NCBI GenBank assembly: GCA_000002445.1
Contig: CH464491.1
Location: 3,456,001-3,520,000, forward strand
Direction: 5' to 3'
Length of the DNA: 64,000 nucleotides
Source of the DNA: Trypanosoma brucei
Lineage: Eukaryota
The stretch's first letter is position 1. Each line of letters starts with the position of its first letter. Position numbers and translations under genes: made by a program. This document shows positions 22,088 to 34,408 of the stretch, one piece after another. The notes beneath the pieces were generated by a model, which was not told the origin of the DNA, ran no database searches, and saw nothing but the letters and a program-made list of their open reading frames with translations.

Positions 22088-22764
22088 TTTTTCCGCTTAA
22101 AAAAATGTATTGTCTCTCCTCTTTCCTTTTTTCCTCAAAGAAGAAGGGCGAAAATTAAAGAAAAGTTCTTCCTTGCAGCGAATCGAGACCGACGTATGTG
22201 TGTTTATTCCCTTCCCTCAGAAGTTCCTTTTCTATCTGCTTTCCGCTCCCTTTTCTGTCCTGCAGTACGGGTATGTTAAGTGATATTAACCCCGCCTCGT
22301 TTAATTAAATGCAGACCTTACCGTGGACCCTTACGTGTGCCTATGAACTCAAAATGAAAACACCACCCGGCGTGGAAGCGAGAGAAAAAGATGAGGAGGG
22401 AAAAAAGGTGGATGTCGCGTTTACTCATAGCCGCCGGTGCCCCCTCCCTCTGTTCCCACAACACAAGGGACCGATCGTGTTCCGCTCCGGTGTTCGCAGG
22501 TGAAAGGGCTACCGGAGCAGAGAACATTGGGAATGGGAGGGTCAACAACGCGTATTATGTCACACTTATCTCCTTCTTTGTGCATGAATTAAAAAAGCAT
22601 AAAGAGGACCTCATTATTTCACCTACGCACTCCGTGGAAAGTAAATTATTACCTCTTACAGTTCTTCGGGCCATTGTATCCTCTGTTCGACGGTGTAACA
22701 TTACTGTGGAGATTCTCCGTTCCCGGTCAACTCGCCTTCGCACCGCATACAACTGGACACCAGA

Positions 22765-23979
22765 CTATTTAAAGACGCGGCCCTCAAGAACGGGTTTCGG
22801 AATGGTCGGACCCTCCCAGCACAGGTAGTCCGTAATTCGTTCCCTTTGGGCGCTCACGTCGGGGATCTCTTCCCAGTCAAACAACTCCGTGTCTTCCACA
22901 TCTTTCACGATCTCCGGCATACCCTTACCCCGGAACACCCACAACGCAACGATGTCGTGCTTCTTCTCTTCCCCGATGATTAGGGCAACCCCAAACGCGT
23001 ACTTGCGTGTGTGCTCCATGCGCTGAAACCACCCACGGACGAGGTTCGCTGTCATGAATTGCATCTTGTTATCTTCGTTGTACTTGTAGCGACACCAGAA
23101 CGATGTGTACCCAGCCGCGTCGTAGTTTTGGAAGAAGTATGGTGCCGCCACCGTGCGTGTGTCGTTGTTGCTGTACTCGCGCTTGAATGCATCCAGAACA
23201 AATGGGCTCGGTGGGAGCTCGTCCAGCGGGTTCGGCTTCTTCTTTTCCTTCGGGACATCATCATCATCATCATCCTTCGGAGCGGGCTTGGGAGCCTTCT
23301 CCGCCTTAGGTGCTTGCTGCTCTGCCTTTTTAGCCTTCACTGGCCCGAAAGTTGCACCCTGGGATTTTAGTACTTCCACTGTCTTGGGTTGTTGCATCAC
23401 CGTGTTGTACAATCGGTAGACATTCCTGTACTTCTTTGTCAGGGCTTCACCCTCCGCAGCATTCGCACGGTAGTGAAATTGAAGGGCAAACGCGACGCAG
23501 ATGTCTGCGACGGTCAAACGCTCACCAACCAGGAATGTGCGCGTCTCCAGCCATGTCTCAAGGCCACCAAACACCTCGTGCACGGAATCCATCGCATCGA
23601 CTGGGATGGGCACACCGCGGTATATGTTTAAACCAAATGGCTTTGCGGCAGTATCGAGTTCCGTTGCGGCGAAATCCAACCACATGTCCACCTGGCTGCC
23701 CTCAAAGGGTGTGCGGCCGTACAGAAAACTGCCGCTTTTGTCAAGTCGTGCGATGTGTCGGACGATCGCGTTTGACTCGAAGATACATCCGTCCTCCGTC
23801 TGGAGCACAGGGTAGCGGCAGCACGGACTGCAGTTGCGGCGATACTCCTCCGTCTCGTTCTCTCGCCCATATTCACACGCCTTCACCGTCACAGGAACGT
23901 TTGCAAAGGCAGCAACCACCAGTAGCTTGAGGTTGCGGGCGTTTTCGTGGTGTGGCTGAAACCAGAGTGTGAGAGACAT
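22765..23979 (-). CDS. EF1G: Translation elongation factor 1-gamma
   Basis: An N-terminal GST-like domain (MSLTLWFQPHHENARNLKLLVVAAFANVPV...) is followed by a K/E/D-rich linker. The C-terminal EF1G domain reads FWCRYKYNEDNKMQFMTANLVRGWFQRMEH. Its ~404 aa matches trypanosomatid EF1-gamma length. The 547-aa track ORF (to 24408) carries an upstream in-frame extension that I exclude. Confidence 0.85.
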   Translation of the reverse strand: MSLTLWFQPHHENARNLKLLVVAAFANVPVTVKACEYGRENETEEYRRNCSPCCRYPVLQTEDGCIFESNAIVRHIARLDKSGSFLYGRTPFEGSQVDMWLDFAATELDTAAKPFGLNIYRGVPIPVDAMDSVHEVFGGLETWLETRTFLVGERLTVADICVAFALQFHYRANAAEGEALTKKYRNVYRLYNTVMQQPKTVEVLKSQGATFGPVKAKKAEQQAPKAEKAPKPAPKDDDDDDVPKEKKKPNPLDELPPSPFVLDAFKREYSNNDTRTVAAPYFFQNYDAAGYTSFWCRYKYNEDNKMQFMTANLVRGWFQRMEHTRKYAFGVALIIGEEKKHDIVALWVFRGKGMPEIVKDVEDTELFDWEEIPDVSAQRERITDYLCWEGPTIPKPVLEGRVFK

Positions 23980-25397
23980 TGCTTTACTGTTGAGAGTAGT
24001 GTCAGAACTTATATCTACGAAACGCAGGTGTAAATCAAAGAGGGTGTAAAGGGGGGGGGGTGGAATGGAAGGACAGAAACCAGAAGATGGGGCCTGGAAC
24101 GTGAGCAAATTAACTGCCGCCTCTTCAGCAACGGTTGTTTCCAACTTGTGTAAGGAAACATAAACTCTCAGTGGCGATGCCAGAGTGATGGTACATGCCT
24201 CTGAAGTGTTATTTGAAGCAGTCCCACATGTGAAGCATTTACTGTTTAACCCCTCGAAGACGGAGTCGTGTTTCTCTTTACTTTTCATATTCGTGATGCC
24301 TCGCATCATGCACAAAGGCAAATCGCTCTCCTCCACTTTAAAATACATTTGTCTCTCACGCATGCAGTGTGGGGGAGGGGACGGTAAAACGCTACAAGGG
24401 ACCCACACTGCGACATAAAAACTGTCTGAACACCACTCTAGTGTTTATAGTTATCATGAAGTACTAAACCGCTCAGTACGCAGCGCGAGTGTAACGGAAG
24501 GATGGACGGCTGTGTGGGAGAAACGCCACCATCGCAGTACCGCTCATTTAGGAGTGCTACAGCGGTCTCTGGTAAAGGGAGTGAGTGGAGCACGCAATGA
24601 CATGCAAGCAGAAAATGTTTTTGGCACTCCATCGATTTGGAAACAAACACACGCGATATCTTTTACCTCCCCCTTCTTCACTTTTCCATTTTTTTCTTCC
24701 CCTAGCTCCCACCGCCTCCATTCCACGTTTCAACAAGCACTAAGCACCGTTGCGGCAAAACAGGCCTTAGAAGCGCGGGCATACAAACAAAAAATGTTTG
24801 GATACACAAATGCCACAAAAAAAAAAAACGTCGGTTTAGCAAACAAACGCACACAAAGGAAAAATAATAACGATAAAAAAAAACATTACCCTTGAACGTT
24901 AGTAGTGAGGTGGCTGAAAGCGCGCGCGCCCGCGCATGTCTTCGTTTTTACCTTTCGTAGAGGAAACAACAACCACGTGAACATGCGAGGAGTTGAAAAT
25001 GCATGTGGGGATAGGAACCGCTGCGCGAGCATTGTTTTATTTTGTATGTGCGATTACGTTACCGAAGAGGACGTTTAATACATATTTATTAACTGGAAAA
25101 TTTTGGCAGATGGCCCAGCAAGCGCGTGCCTTTCGTTTTTTTTCCCCATGGCCGTCGGGGTAGCCACTCACGTGTGTCATATGGGGAATTGGCGGATGGT
25201 ACAGTGGAAGAAAACAAACGGAAATAGCAAAACATCCAAAGATACAGAGCAGCACCTCCCACGTCTTGGGCAACCGGAAAACACCGAGAGAGGCTTCAAA
25301 ATGAAGGAAAAAAAAGGAGCAAATGAAGGAACAAGCAAACGGAAAAATGATAATCAAAGTTGAAGAAACAGCTCCTCTCACTCCCAGCCTACACGTC

Positions 25398-26810
25398 TCA
25401 CTCATCATCAGAGCTTTGGGGGCATATTTCGTACCGTTTCGTCCGGAGCTGAAAATAATTTTGAATATCTAGGCCTGTTCGATTGAATGTGTACCAACTA
25501 GCTTTGGGCTGCGGCAGACTGTTTCCTAAGCCTTTCTTGGCCATGCAGTACTGGATAGCAAAGGCAACTCCAACGACGAACGCCACTGAACCAACTATCA
25601 AAAAAGTAGCGGCAAACAATGTACCCGATCTTCCAAACATTGATGAGGTACGGAGTAAATATCCCTTAGTGCCATGAAATGTCGTAACATCGAAAAATTC
25701 TTCAATGTCCAAAAAGTAGTTGCCCTCGCGGAGGTCCTCGTCAATAATCCTGAACAGCTTTGAGAAGTTGGAAAGGAAGGCTGCGCGGATCCACACCTGC
25801 ATATCGTAATCTTCCGGGTCCGTCAAACGATGACCTGGTTCGTCGGCATACCAACCGTTCGTGAGATAGACATTATCATTCTTGTGTGGGTACCTCAGCG
25901 ACCACAGCTTCTTGTCGCGTTCTAAGGGCCTAAATCGTATTTTCTCATCGGCGGGCCACGAGATGCCCTTTTTTTTGCATTTGTTGGGAGTTTTGCTTTG
26001 GTAGAGCGGTTCTCCCGTAGGGCCGAAGTCACTGGTGTTACAGATCAATTCGGCTCCTTCGTCCAACTTGACGCTGTCATTTTGGGCACTACTCACATCT
26101 CGGCTGCGGTACAGCACAAAAGTATCATTGAACATGGACCACGGTGCGATTCCGCATGGATTATAAAGGAATTCTTCGTACTTAAGCGTGACATTTTCCC
26201 CATCAACCACAACCTTCACCTCCGTTTTCTCAGCCTTGTTTATGGTGCCAGGTCTTTCGTACGGCTGACATTCGGGGTATGAACCTATGATGCTCCGATG
26301 CCCGCGCAACATGTCCAACGAACGACCCTCGTGAAATGCTCGAAAGTTCTGGTGGAAATTGCCGAGCGTATAGTACAGGTAAACTGGTTTTTTCATGGGT
26401 TTCTCCAACTTAAAACTAACCCGAGTACGTGTCCCTTGTCTATGGACTTCGTTCCCAACATAAAAACTGCGGATTCCCTCATTAATGTTGACCTTAGGGT
26501 CACTTGGGATGTACTGGTACTTGTGAATATGTTGATAGTTACCCCGGACCTCGTAGTGACCGTTGCACGTAATAAACAGTGTGATGCTGATGGGGATGAA
26601 CACGAACGATACCGCGAAAAACAACGGAATGACGTACTGTGGGGCAATGTAGAAGAAAGTAGAGGGAAGCGTCTGCTGGACAATCGGGTTGCCACCATAA
26701 GCTGTTCGACCGTACTTCCCAAAGCACGACCTGCCGCCTTCTCTATCCGTCTCCGTAGATGGGGGTACGTCGATGAATGACGGCAATCTAACCACACCGC
26801 CACGGGCCAT
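25398..26810 (-). CDS. CDC50/LEM3 (TMEM30) family protein, putative P4-ATPase flippase beta-subunit
   Basis: Two transmembrane helices, near the N-terminus (VIPLFFAVSFVFIPISITLFI) and near the C-terminus (LFAATFLIVGSVAFVVGVAFAI), flank a large exoplasmic loop. The loop contains the conserved CDC50 block YYTLGNFHQNFRAFHEGRS (compare NFYQNHRRY). Confidence 0.7.
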   Translation of the reverse strand: MARGGVVRLPSFIDVPPSTETDREGGRSCFGKYGRTAYGGNPIVQQTLPSTFFYIAPQYVIPLFFAVSFVFIPISITLFITCNGHYEVRGNYQHIHKYQYIPSDPKVNINEGIRSFYVGNEVHRQGTRTRVSFKLEKPMKKPVYLYYTLGNFHQNFRAFHEGRSLDMLRGHRSIIGSYPECQPYERPGTINKAEKTEVKVVVDGENVTLKYEEFLYNPCGIAPWSMFNDTFVLYRSRDVSSAQNDSVKLDEGAELICNTSDFGPTGEPLYQSKTPNKCKKKGISWPADEKIRFRPLERDKKLWSLRYPHKNDNVYLTNGWYADEPGHRLTDPEDYDMQVWIRAAFLSNFSKLFRIIDEDLREGNYFLDIEEFFDVTTFHGTKGYLLRTSSMFGRSGTLFAATFLIVGSVAFVVGVAFAIQYCMAKKGLGNSLPQPKASWYTFNRTGLDIQNYFQLRTKRYEICPQSSDDE

Positions 26811-27727
26811 GCCAGACCCTCTCCCTAATCCACACCGTCGGAACCGTAAAACCTCTCTCCAAACACAGTTGTTTCCTGAAATCGTTACCCCTCCCCCCTT
26901 TATTACCCTGTTGAGGCAGTGAAAGAATCAATGCAAAAAAAGAGGCAAGGTTGCCTTTCCTATTCTATACAGTCTATACTCCAAACCCTCGCTTTCTCAG
27001 AGATTATGCGCACACACCTGGCCACCCTTGTTCCCTACGCGCGAAGGCCGTTACCCACTCTCCTGGCACCACCTTCTCCTTCGCACTCAGCACGTACTGC
27101 AAAGAGGTAAACTGCATGGAAGAAAAAGAAAATGATGAAAGAGAGTTGGAGATGCATTCACGAAAGCAAATTACAAAAAAGCGCCGGACAAGCATGATGT
27201 GTGTAGTTGACGAGGAGGCCATTAGAATTATTGCGATAGGGATGAAAACAACTGTCCAGACCAAGTTAAGGCGTGCATCACAAATCGAACCCTGGGAAGG
27301 GGGGGGGGGAGGAACGTCGACAAGAACGACGACTACGGACACCGTAAATACTGTGAAATGTGAGTGTGGCACCAGCAAGCAAAGCGAGTACCCCCTCTGG
27401 AACGATGGAATATGTTTTCCTAGGGCTTTGCGGCGGTAGTAGCAATGCCAATATTGGCTAAGACTATGGCCCCCTCTCCTTTTCACACCCAAGCTGAAGT
27501 CCTTGAACCGCTTTTTTCTGAAGCTGAACCAATGGTGCTATACGAGGGGAGTTTCCTCGTTAACCTTTTTGACTGAAAGTTACTTATATGTAATAAAACA
27601 GGGCAGGTATGATGCAGCAATAACCAACAAGCAACACGTGTTACACTAATGTGTGTGCATGTTTTGATTGTGTCAACGCTATTTCCAGCCTGGGTCGGCG
27701 ATGTGTTTTAAATGTGGTATCAAGTGA

Positions 27728-28756
27728 TCAACAACTGAGCCGACTGTTGATTAGTCCTTCCAGCAGACGTACCGCTTCGGCCTCTTGCAAACACCTCCCC
27801 CGCAGCAAGTCCTCCGCATCACTGCATCCATCACCATTTGCTCTAGATGAAAAGCTGACATGCCTAGAATAAGCTGCTACACGGCCCTTCCTTCTAGCGA
27901 GAGCGATGTGCAGTTCATCCAGCAGTTCACCGTGCCTTGCTTCGGCTAATCGGAGCTTGCGATTGTAAGCGTTGATCTTGGTCTGCAAAATATTCTCGAC
28001 CGAATAAAGTGCGCCCCGCCCACCACCTTTGATGGCATTGGCACAACTGCTGCCAGCACACCTCTGTTCCGGTCGATCGGACGCTCGGCCCGTAGCTTTG
28101 TTTCCTTCGGTATTTCCCCGTCGTTTTGCGGTTGCTTCCCGCGCCTTTTTGACTGCCGCTTCCACTTCCGCGAGACGGTCACGCAGTTGATCATTTTCGT
28201 TATCAAGATTCCGCACCTGACGAGTGAGGCGCCGCGTGGCTTCCTCCAAATGCATGTGCAGTACCTTCTTCTTGTCGAATTCTGCCTTCTTTTCTTCGTG
28301 GATAGCGGATTGCCTTTGTATTTCGCTCTGCAGGTACAATATTCTTGCTTCTACACCAACATCCAACTGACGCAGCGCGTCACTCGCCTCCAAATATCGC
28401 ATAACCTTCCCGGTGTTGCACACTTCCAGTGAGGATGAACTTGCTGTTCCGACCGGAGGTGTGGTCTCCAGATGTTGCCGCGCTGGACTCGCGGATGGCG
28501 ACGCGGGGGAACACTCCGTCAACTCCGAGGGGAGAGATGACTCTGGTGATACCGACACGTTCTCGTCAACCAACCCCATATGAAAACACCCTTGCGATTG
28601 CGTTGTTTCATCCCCCGTATTTCTTTGCTGTTGGCCTTCGCTATCAGTCACTGTTTTCGGTGAGGCTGTGAGCGACTCCCATGATACCAAAGACCCTGTG
28701 GAGTCCTGCGGCGGTTTCTTTGCTAATTCCCGCTGATTAGTACTTCCCAGGGGCAT
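27728..28756 (-). CDS. Hypothetical coiled-coil protein (342 aa)
   Basis: The central ~120 aa has heptad-like charged periodicity (LQSEIQRQSAIHEEKKAEFDKK...LDNENDQLRDRLAEVEAAVKK). The N-terminus is Ser/Pro-rich. Confidence 0.45.
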   Translation of the reverse strand: MPLGSTNQRELAKKPPQDSTGSLVSWESLTASPKTVTDSEGQQQRNTGDETTQSQGCFHMGLVDENVSVSPESSLPSELTECSPASPSASPARQHLETTPPVGTASSSSLEVCNTGKVMRYLEASDALRQLDVGVEARILYLQSEIQRQSAIHEEKKAEFDKKKVLHMHLEEATRRLTRQVRNLDNENDQLRDRLAEVEAAVKKAREATAKRRGNTEGNKATGRASDRPEQRCAGSSCANAIKGGGRGALYSVENILQTKINAYNRKLRLAEARHGELLDELHIALARRKGRVAAYSRHVSFSSRANGDGCSDAEDLLRGRCLQEAEAVRLLEGLINSRLSC

Positions 28757-29417
28757 TTGCTCACTCTCAGAGTTCCCCTCCTAACCTTTTTTTTGTTACA
28801 GGATTTCCTTCTGTTTCTCTATGCTGAGTGTCAAAAAAGCGTGGAGGGAAGGACCCGACAGTGCATTCATCAGCCTACAAAACATTACACCACCACGCGC
28901 AAATACCTATCGATCTGTATAAATGTGAACTGGGACCATTAGAGGCGTTTAACATTCTGTCGGGGGGGGGGGGGCGCCTCTGGGCACTGTTGTACGTTAA
29001 ATAAAGAAAAGTGAAAACGACAACAGAGGCAATACCACCCGACATATGTGGTGTAAAAAAAAAAAGTCCGACCGCTCTGCTTCCCCTCCCTCTTTTGTGC
29101 AACAGGAGTGCTATACGACTCGTCGGTGGCAGCACACACTTCCCCAAAAACTAATGATGCACGCGTTAGTAGCGCACACCCAACTTTTGAGATATTTTGA
29201 TGGTCTGTCGAGGCGAGGTGTGCGTTTGCATGTGCGTAGGACATGATAGCCGACGCTGTGGAGGTCCTACCATGCCATCCTAATCCACGTGCTTAAACCC
29301 GCACATAACGAGCTGTGCATAATGTACAACTCTGTAAACGTTTGTTCTCACCCCGACTCTTTCACACGTTCACTCACTCTTTCCCTCTTCGTTATCGTTA
29401 TCGTGACAGTCAGTTGC

Positions 29418-31337
29418 TCACTGGCCTTCCATTAAAAGACAATCTCCTGACTGTTCAATTTTCTCGTCTATATTTGAGTAGATGCGATCGCTCAATTCCC
29501 CTTCCTCCGCGTTCCCCGACACCACTTTGAGAATCGTCCACACAAGTTCGTGGTTTCCGAGAATGTCAACGTGATCTCCACTTGACGATCCCCCGCGGAG
29601 ATTCATCGACGATCCCGAGCTGTGTTTATGTTCCCGTGTGATAACGCGGCCAACGTCACGCTTCCACCCATTTTTTGCACGACACATGTACCCCAAAGAC
29701 AAAAGCGGCACAGTTCCATCTCCATCCCCATTAATCACCCCATTAACGATATGCTCCCCTTCGTTGTAGGTGTCATCCACTGCCTCGTCCTCGCCCAAAA
29801 CATATCCGATCTCCGTCTTCCTGTCTACGCCATAAAGACAAAAAACTGTCGTGTTGGGTGCTTTGGGCAAGTTGGGTCGCTTCCCGAACCGGCCCAACAC
29901 CTCACGTGCTTGTTTCACAACCGCAACATGGCCGCTTTCATTCAGCCGCCTTGTAAGTAGTCGGATGGCTTCCTTCGGTGGTAGAACCGTACCGTTGTGA
30001 AGCCTCAATATCTGTGGGTGCACCCCCTCGCAGCCACTGGGAAGCATGGCAGCCTGGCACGACCACGTGCGAAACGTTTCCGTACGGAGGTTACGGGAAA
30101 AATAATTCTCCAGGATCGCCCGTGCAGTGCCCGGTAGCGCAAGGGTATCTTTGGCCTCACCTGACAGAAGCGCCGAGACGGTTTTGGAAACTCCCATCGT
30201 CGTTCCGCCGATGTTAATCCAATTAGCAACGTGCTTGTTCGTCCACCCTGCCTCGTGCTCGTCAGCCCAGCGTAAAAAATCCACAACAACGAGACTACCA
30301 TAGCTGTGGGAAACAATAACAACTCGCTCCTCGTTTTTATGGTAGAGATACATCAGATAATTTTTCAAGTGATAATAGTATCCATCACGGCGGTGGATTC
30401 CGCGCGGCGATAACCTCCAGTCATAACTAGATATGCCCATGCTCTGCGGATCATAGCCAATATCAGCAAGGTTCACGAAGATCTTGGCCCACACCCAATA
30501 CCCCGGCATAAAAAAGTCTGCGGCGCCGAAACCCATATCAGGTCGGATTTTTACCCCTGGCGGGTCGAAGCCTGTGCCCTTGTCCAGCGAAAAGAGCTTC
30601 ATATAACACGCTGGGTCTGTGGCAAGAAGAAACAACATGGATGGACCAAACATACGCTGGCGAAATCTCGATGAATATGCCTGGGAGGTCGTACACTCAA
30701 CGACGTCCTGCCACACCTCGAGCGCTGTCGAAATGAAACCCGGAATAATCATAACGGGATGCTTTCGACGCATAGTATGGTTTTGCAAAAACCTGACTCC
30801 TGGCCGATCGGCGTCCGCCACAACAAATGAGTCCGTCAGAGACGAAATTTCCTCCTGGAAGTTGTGGTACCCGAGTAGAACGGCAATCACTAAGAAGACG
30901 AACATCACCCGACGGCGCGTGAAGAAATCAATCAGATACATTACAGGCCTTTTTGCCGCCACCAGCGCATCACAACCCACATCCCAAAGGACAGGCACGT
31001 CATCGGCCGGTGAGCTCCTGGCAGTTCCCTTGAAGAGGAACATCGCTAGTGCTCGTTCTACTTGTGACTGGCATTTCCATGCTATTTCAGACCCTTCGTC
31101 ACAGTCGCACCCGTTGGGGCTCCTTGTTACATCTTTTCGCATATTGTTATCTGTGTTGTTGGACTGTGACGTGTGCCTCATGGGGCTTTCCTCGACTCCG
31201 TCACTTCGCCCCATGTGGGGGCTCACCGGTGACGCGTCTGCAGTTCCAACTGTGGCGGGTTCGTCTTTATGTGACTTTTCCTTGCCATTTTTATTATTTT
31301 TCGCTGCACGGTGGTTTGCCATATGTTTGTAAGTCAT
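29418..31337 (-). CDS. Phospholipid:diacylglycerol acyltransferase / LCAT-family lipase-like protein
   Basis: A transmembrane helix (VMFVFLVIAVLLGY) follows the N-terminal region. The conserved PVMIIPGFISTALEVW block and the lipase nucleophile elbow VVIVSHSYGSLVV (compare PDAT SHSMG, LCAT GHSxG) are present. Confidence 0.7.
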   Translation of the reverse strand: MTYKHMANHRAAKNNKNGKEKSHKDEPATVGTADASPVSPHMGRSDGVEESPMRHTSQSNNTDNNMRKDVTRSPNGCDCDEGSEIAWKCQSQVERALAMFLFKGTARSSPADDVPVLWDVGCDALVAAKRPVMYLIDFFTRRRVMFVFLVIAVLLGYHNFQEEISSLTDSFVVADADRPGVRFLQNHTMRRKHPVMIIPGFISTALEVWQDVVECTTSQAYSSRFRQRMFGPSMLFLLATDPACYMKLFSLDKGTGFDPPGVKIRPDMGFGAADFFMPGYWVWAKIFVNLADIGYDPQSMGISSYDWRLSPRGIHRRDGYYYHLKNYLMYLYHKNEERVVIVSHSYGSLVVVDFLRWADEHEAGWTNKHVANWINIGGTTMGVSKTVSALLSGEAKDTLALPGTARAILENYFSRNLRTETFRTWSCQAAMLPSGCEGVHPQILRLHNGTVLPPKEAIRLLTRRLNESGHVAVVKQAREVLGRFGKRPNLPKAPNTTVFCLYGVDRKTEIGYVLGEDEAVDDTYNEGEHIVNGVINGDGDGTVPLLSLGYMCRAKNGWKRDVGRVITREHKHSSGSSMNLRGGSSSGDHVDILGNHELVWTILKVVSGNAEEGELSDRIYSNIDEKIEQSGDCLLMEGQ

Positions 31338-31603
31338 GCGCCGTCGACCTGCTACACCTTCCGCTCCCCTTCGCGCCTAACGCAGCCCTTCTAACTTGGT
31401 TCCAAGCTACGTTTGCTAAATGATTGGACAATGCACACAGACACACACACGGGCACAAGTGGTTGCGTGAAAAGTGTAAGAAGGTGTGGATAAAGCAGCA
31501 ACACATTCCGCAGCGATTTGGGAGGAGAGAGGGGCACAACATATTTATTGAAGGGGTTTGTACTATTACATACGGAGTCCGCCGCAAGCAAAACGTGTAT
31601 TTA

Positions 31604-31632
31604 TGTTATATATATATATATATATATATATG
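31604..31632. repeat. (TA)n microsatellite; further (TA)n runs at ~31838-31860 and ~33263-33282
   Basis: tatatatatatatatatatatatat. Confidence 0.9.
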
Positions 31633-33757
31633 TACATATGTGTGGGGATGCATGGCTCGATGAACAAAAGAAAAAGAAAGGGAAAGAAAGGGGACAAAAA
31701 TTGTGGAGGAGTTGAACCCCCCCCCTCACAAACATGCGTCCGGTCCCACACACTTACGCGTCAGCAGCGGCTGTGAATAACCCGCTCCCCCCACCTTGAG
31801 ATATGTTCAGAAGGAGTGAATTGGGTGAATTCTCCATGAATATATATATATATATATATTCACCTACTTCATCTGCTGCTTGTTTTTATTGTTTTCTTTT
31901 TTTATTTCACTTTTTAACTTTTGTTTTCTCCCTTTCACCACTTTCTCTTACTTCGTTGAAGCTATCTTCCCATCGTATATATATATATTTTAAAATTCTC
32001 CCCACTCCGTGAAACACGGAAGCCCGATTACTTCTCTTTTTTGTTTCCCCTTTCTCTTAAGGTGAAGTGTGGGCCTGAAACATGAAGCCAACAGGCCAAG
32101 TTATTTCAGGGTGGACGCTAAGATGCGTATGGCTCCTTTGCTCGCGATGTCACACCCCTCCTTCCCTTCGCACAACTCCGTGAAAAAAAAAAAACAAAAC
32201 AGAAAAAAAAACGAACATCAACCTCGACAAAAGAACAACAACCTTAATACGCGGGTATTGTTCCTTCATCCCTTTTTCCTTTTCTACATCTTCACTCAGT
32301 CGACAAGAATCAACATCACGGTCTTTTTCCTTTCCTTTCCTTCCCCTCCCTTCCATTTTAGTTTTTTTTTTTACTATATCTTTGTGTCTCCTTTCCTTCG
32401 TTGTAATTATCGTTACACCTGAATATTTTCTTCTTTTTCTTTTTCGCTCAGGTGCGGTTAAGCACAGCACCAACGGGAAGAAGGTGGAGGCGGAGGGGAA
32501 GAGGAAGGGGGAAAAGGGGGGTATACAGAATAAGAAAAAAAAAAGAAAGCTGAAAAATGTTGACAACTCCTGCCGTCGCGGTCTAAAAACGAAAAAAAAG
32601 AAAACGTAGACAAAAAAGTACAAAGAAAATGAAATGAAAGGAAAGAAAAAAAAAACAAACAAACAAGAGTGAAGAGAACATTAGTGACGGCGGGTTGAAT
32701 GACAGACGCGAACGTGAAGAAAGTGTTGAAGAGTGAAAAAGAAAATGAAGGGGGAAAAACAGGAAAGGGGAAGCAAAAACAATAATATACGATAAGGCGT
32801 GGTGCTGCGGAAACAAATGAACGAACTGAAGGCAGACACCTCCGTCTTAACTCAAGTTTTTGTCTAGTATTCAATGCGAGGGGCTTATCTAAAATTTTAA
32901 AAAGCCTTTACGTTTCGTTTTCGCAGTCCCCTTCCTTTCCTGCGTACGATCATCACCTTTATTTCTCATCCATCTTTTTTTTTGTTTTGCAATCACCTTT
33001 TTCTCTTTCGTACCGTTTTATACGCCCCAGCCTTCATCTCCCCCTCCTCCAAACCCCACACCTTCCTATCTTTATATTTCCTCCCCATATTCAATATTCC
33101 TCCCGTACTCATTATGTCGCTTCGCGTAGTGCCGAAGAAGAACGCAAAAACGCCTCAGTTCCTTTTCCTCTTGTTCCTCTAAAAAGCACCTGTAGTAGGC
33201 GAGCACACGCAAGCATAAACATACACTTATACGTACATACACGGTCACGTGCATATATGCAATATATATATATATATATATTTATATGCGTATATGCATA
33301 TAACGATGCAAAAAAGGAATAATTCAGCTCGTTCACCGTGTTGACGGGAGGGGGCGTTGCCGTGAGCCCTTCTTTTTTCTTGTGATGCACACATTTTGGT
33401 TTTTCTCTTTTCCTTTTCATTTCATCCGTTTATTAATTCCTTCATCTCCCCTCTTTTCATTCCAACACTTCCCTCCCCTTTGATTTGTCTCTCCCTGTTA
33501 CCATTACGCGAAACCTCAGCCGACTCTTCTCGCTCCTTTCCCCCCTTTCACTAGCACAAATTCGGTAGAAACATCAAACTTCTCTAAATTGGAACACGAT
33601 GAGGTAGGGGACAGTAATAAATGAAAGAAAATAAAAGGTAGGAGGAAATAAGAATAAAAAGAAAACAACAATAACAACGACGTTTGTCCCTAATTTGCTT
33701 CCTTTCTGTTCTTTTTTCCCCCCCTCTTTTCCTTTTCTGAAAGCACACTCACTGCCA

Positions 33758-34408
33758 CTAGTAGGCAAACCACCACCAGCAAAACAACGTTGCGGCTCCT
33801 CCAATAATCCACATGAGACTATTACCACCGCCCGCCTGCTTCTGGCCAGCCAGTGACGCCTTCACTTGACCCGGGACTTCTTCACGCTTCCTACTGTTCA
33901 GCACCGCAGAAATAACGTTCTTCCCCTTGCTCCCGCGGCCAGTGCCATTCCCATCGTCCCTCAGTCTAACCTCACCCCATTTACCATTGACAGCAGTCAA
34001 ATCAACTGTGCAGCGCACTGTCTTGGAGTGCACCAGGCGGCGGTCCTGCTGCTTCTTCTCTTTGATGAGGGCCGGGACGTTTGTGCACCGCGGCTCAATG
34101 CAGTCTTCCGGTTCTTGCAAACAATACTCGAGGCGGAAATCGTCAGTAGCGTTTACATCTGACACGTCCTCGCCCCTTGCTGTGGTGGGACTGAGTGTGA
34201 TGAGGACTGAGGCCGAGGCACTGGGCTCAATGACGCCCTTCGTTGGCTTGACGAGGTAACGCTCTGGAGTTGTGGTGAGCATGCGGAACAGAACTTTCTC
34301 GAAGGAGATATTTGTTATTTGAACCAAGCACTCCTCTTTCCTCTTTGCCGTCATGTGAAGCCTGTCGGGCGTCACTATAACAGACGGTGCCGCCGTTTTA
34401 CTTCTCAT
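33758..34408 (-). CDS. VAP-like protein (MSP domain plus C-terminal transmembrane anchor)
   Basis: The N-terminal MSP-fold signature reads ...LFRMLTTTPERYLVKPTKGVIEPSASASVLITLSP. The C-terminal tail anchor is LMWIIGGAATLFCWWWFAY. Confidence 0.65.
   Translation of the reverse strand: MRSKTAAPSVIVTPDRLHMTAKRKEECLVQITNISFEKVLFRMLTTTPERYLVKPTKGVIEPSASASVLITLSPTTARGEDVSDVNATDDFRLEYCLQEPEDCIEPRCTNVPALIKEKKQQDRRLVHSKTVRCTVDLTAVNGKWGEVRLRDDGNGTGRGSKGKNVISAVLNSRKREEVPGQVKASLAGQKQAGGGNSLMWIIGGAATLFCWWWFAY

Noticed and set aside
30619-31423. 237- and 124-aa plus-strand ORFs
   Set aside because: They are antisense to the well-supported PDAT/LCAT-like gene, so they are shadow ORFs.
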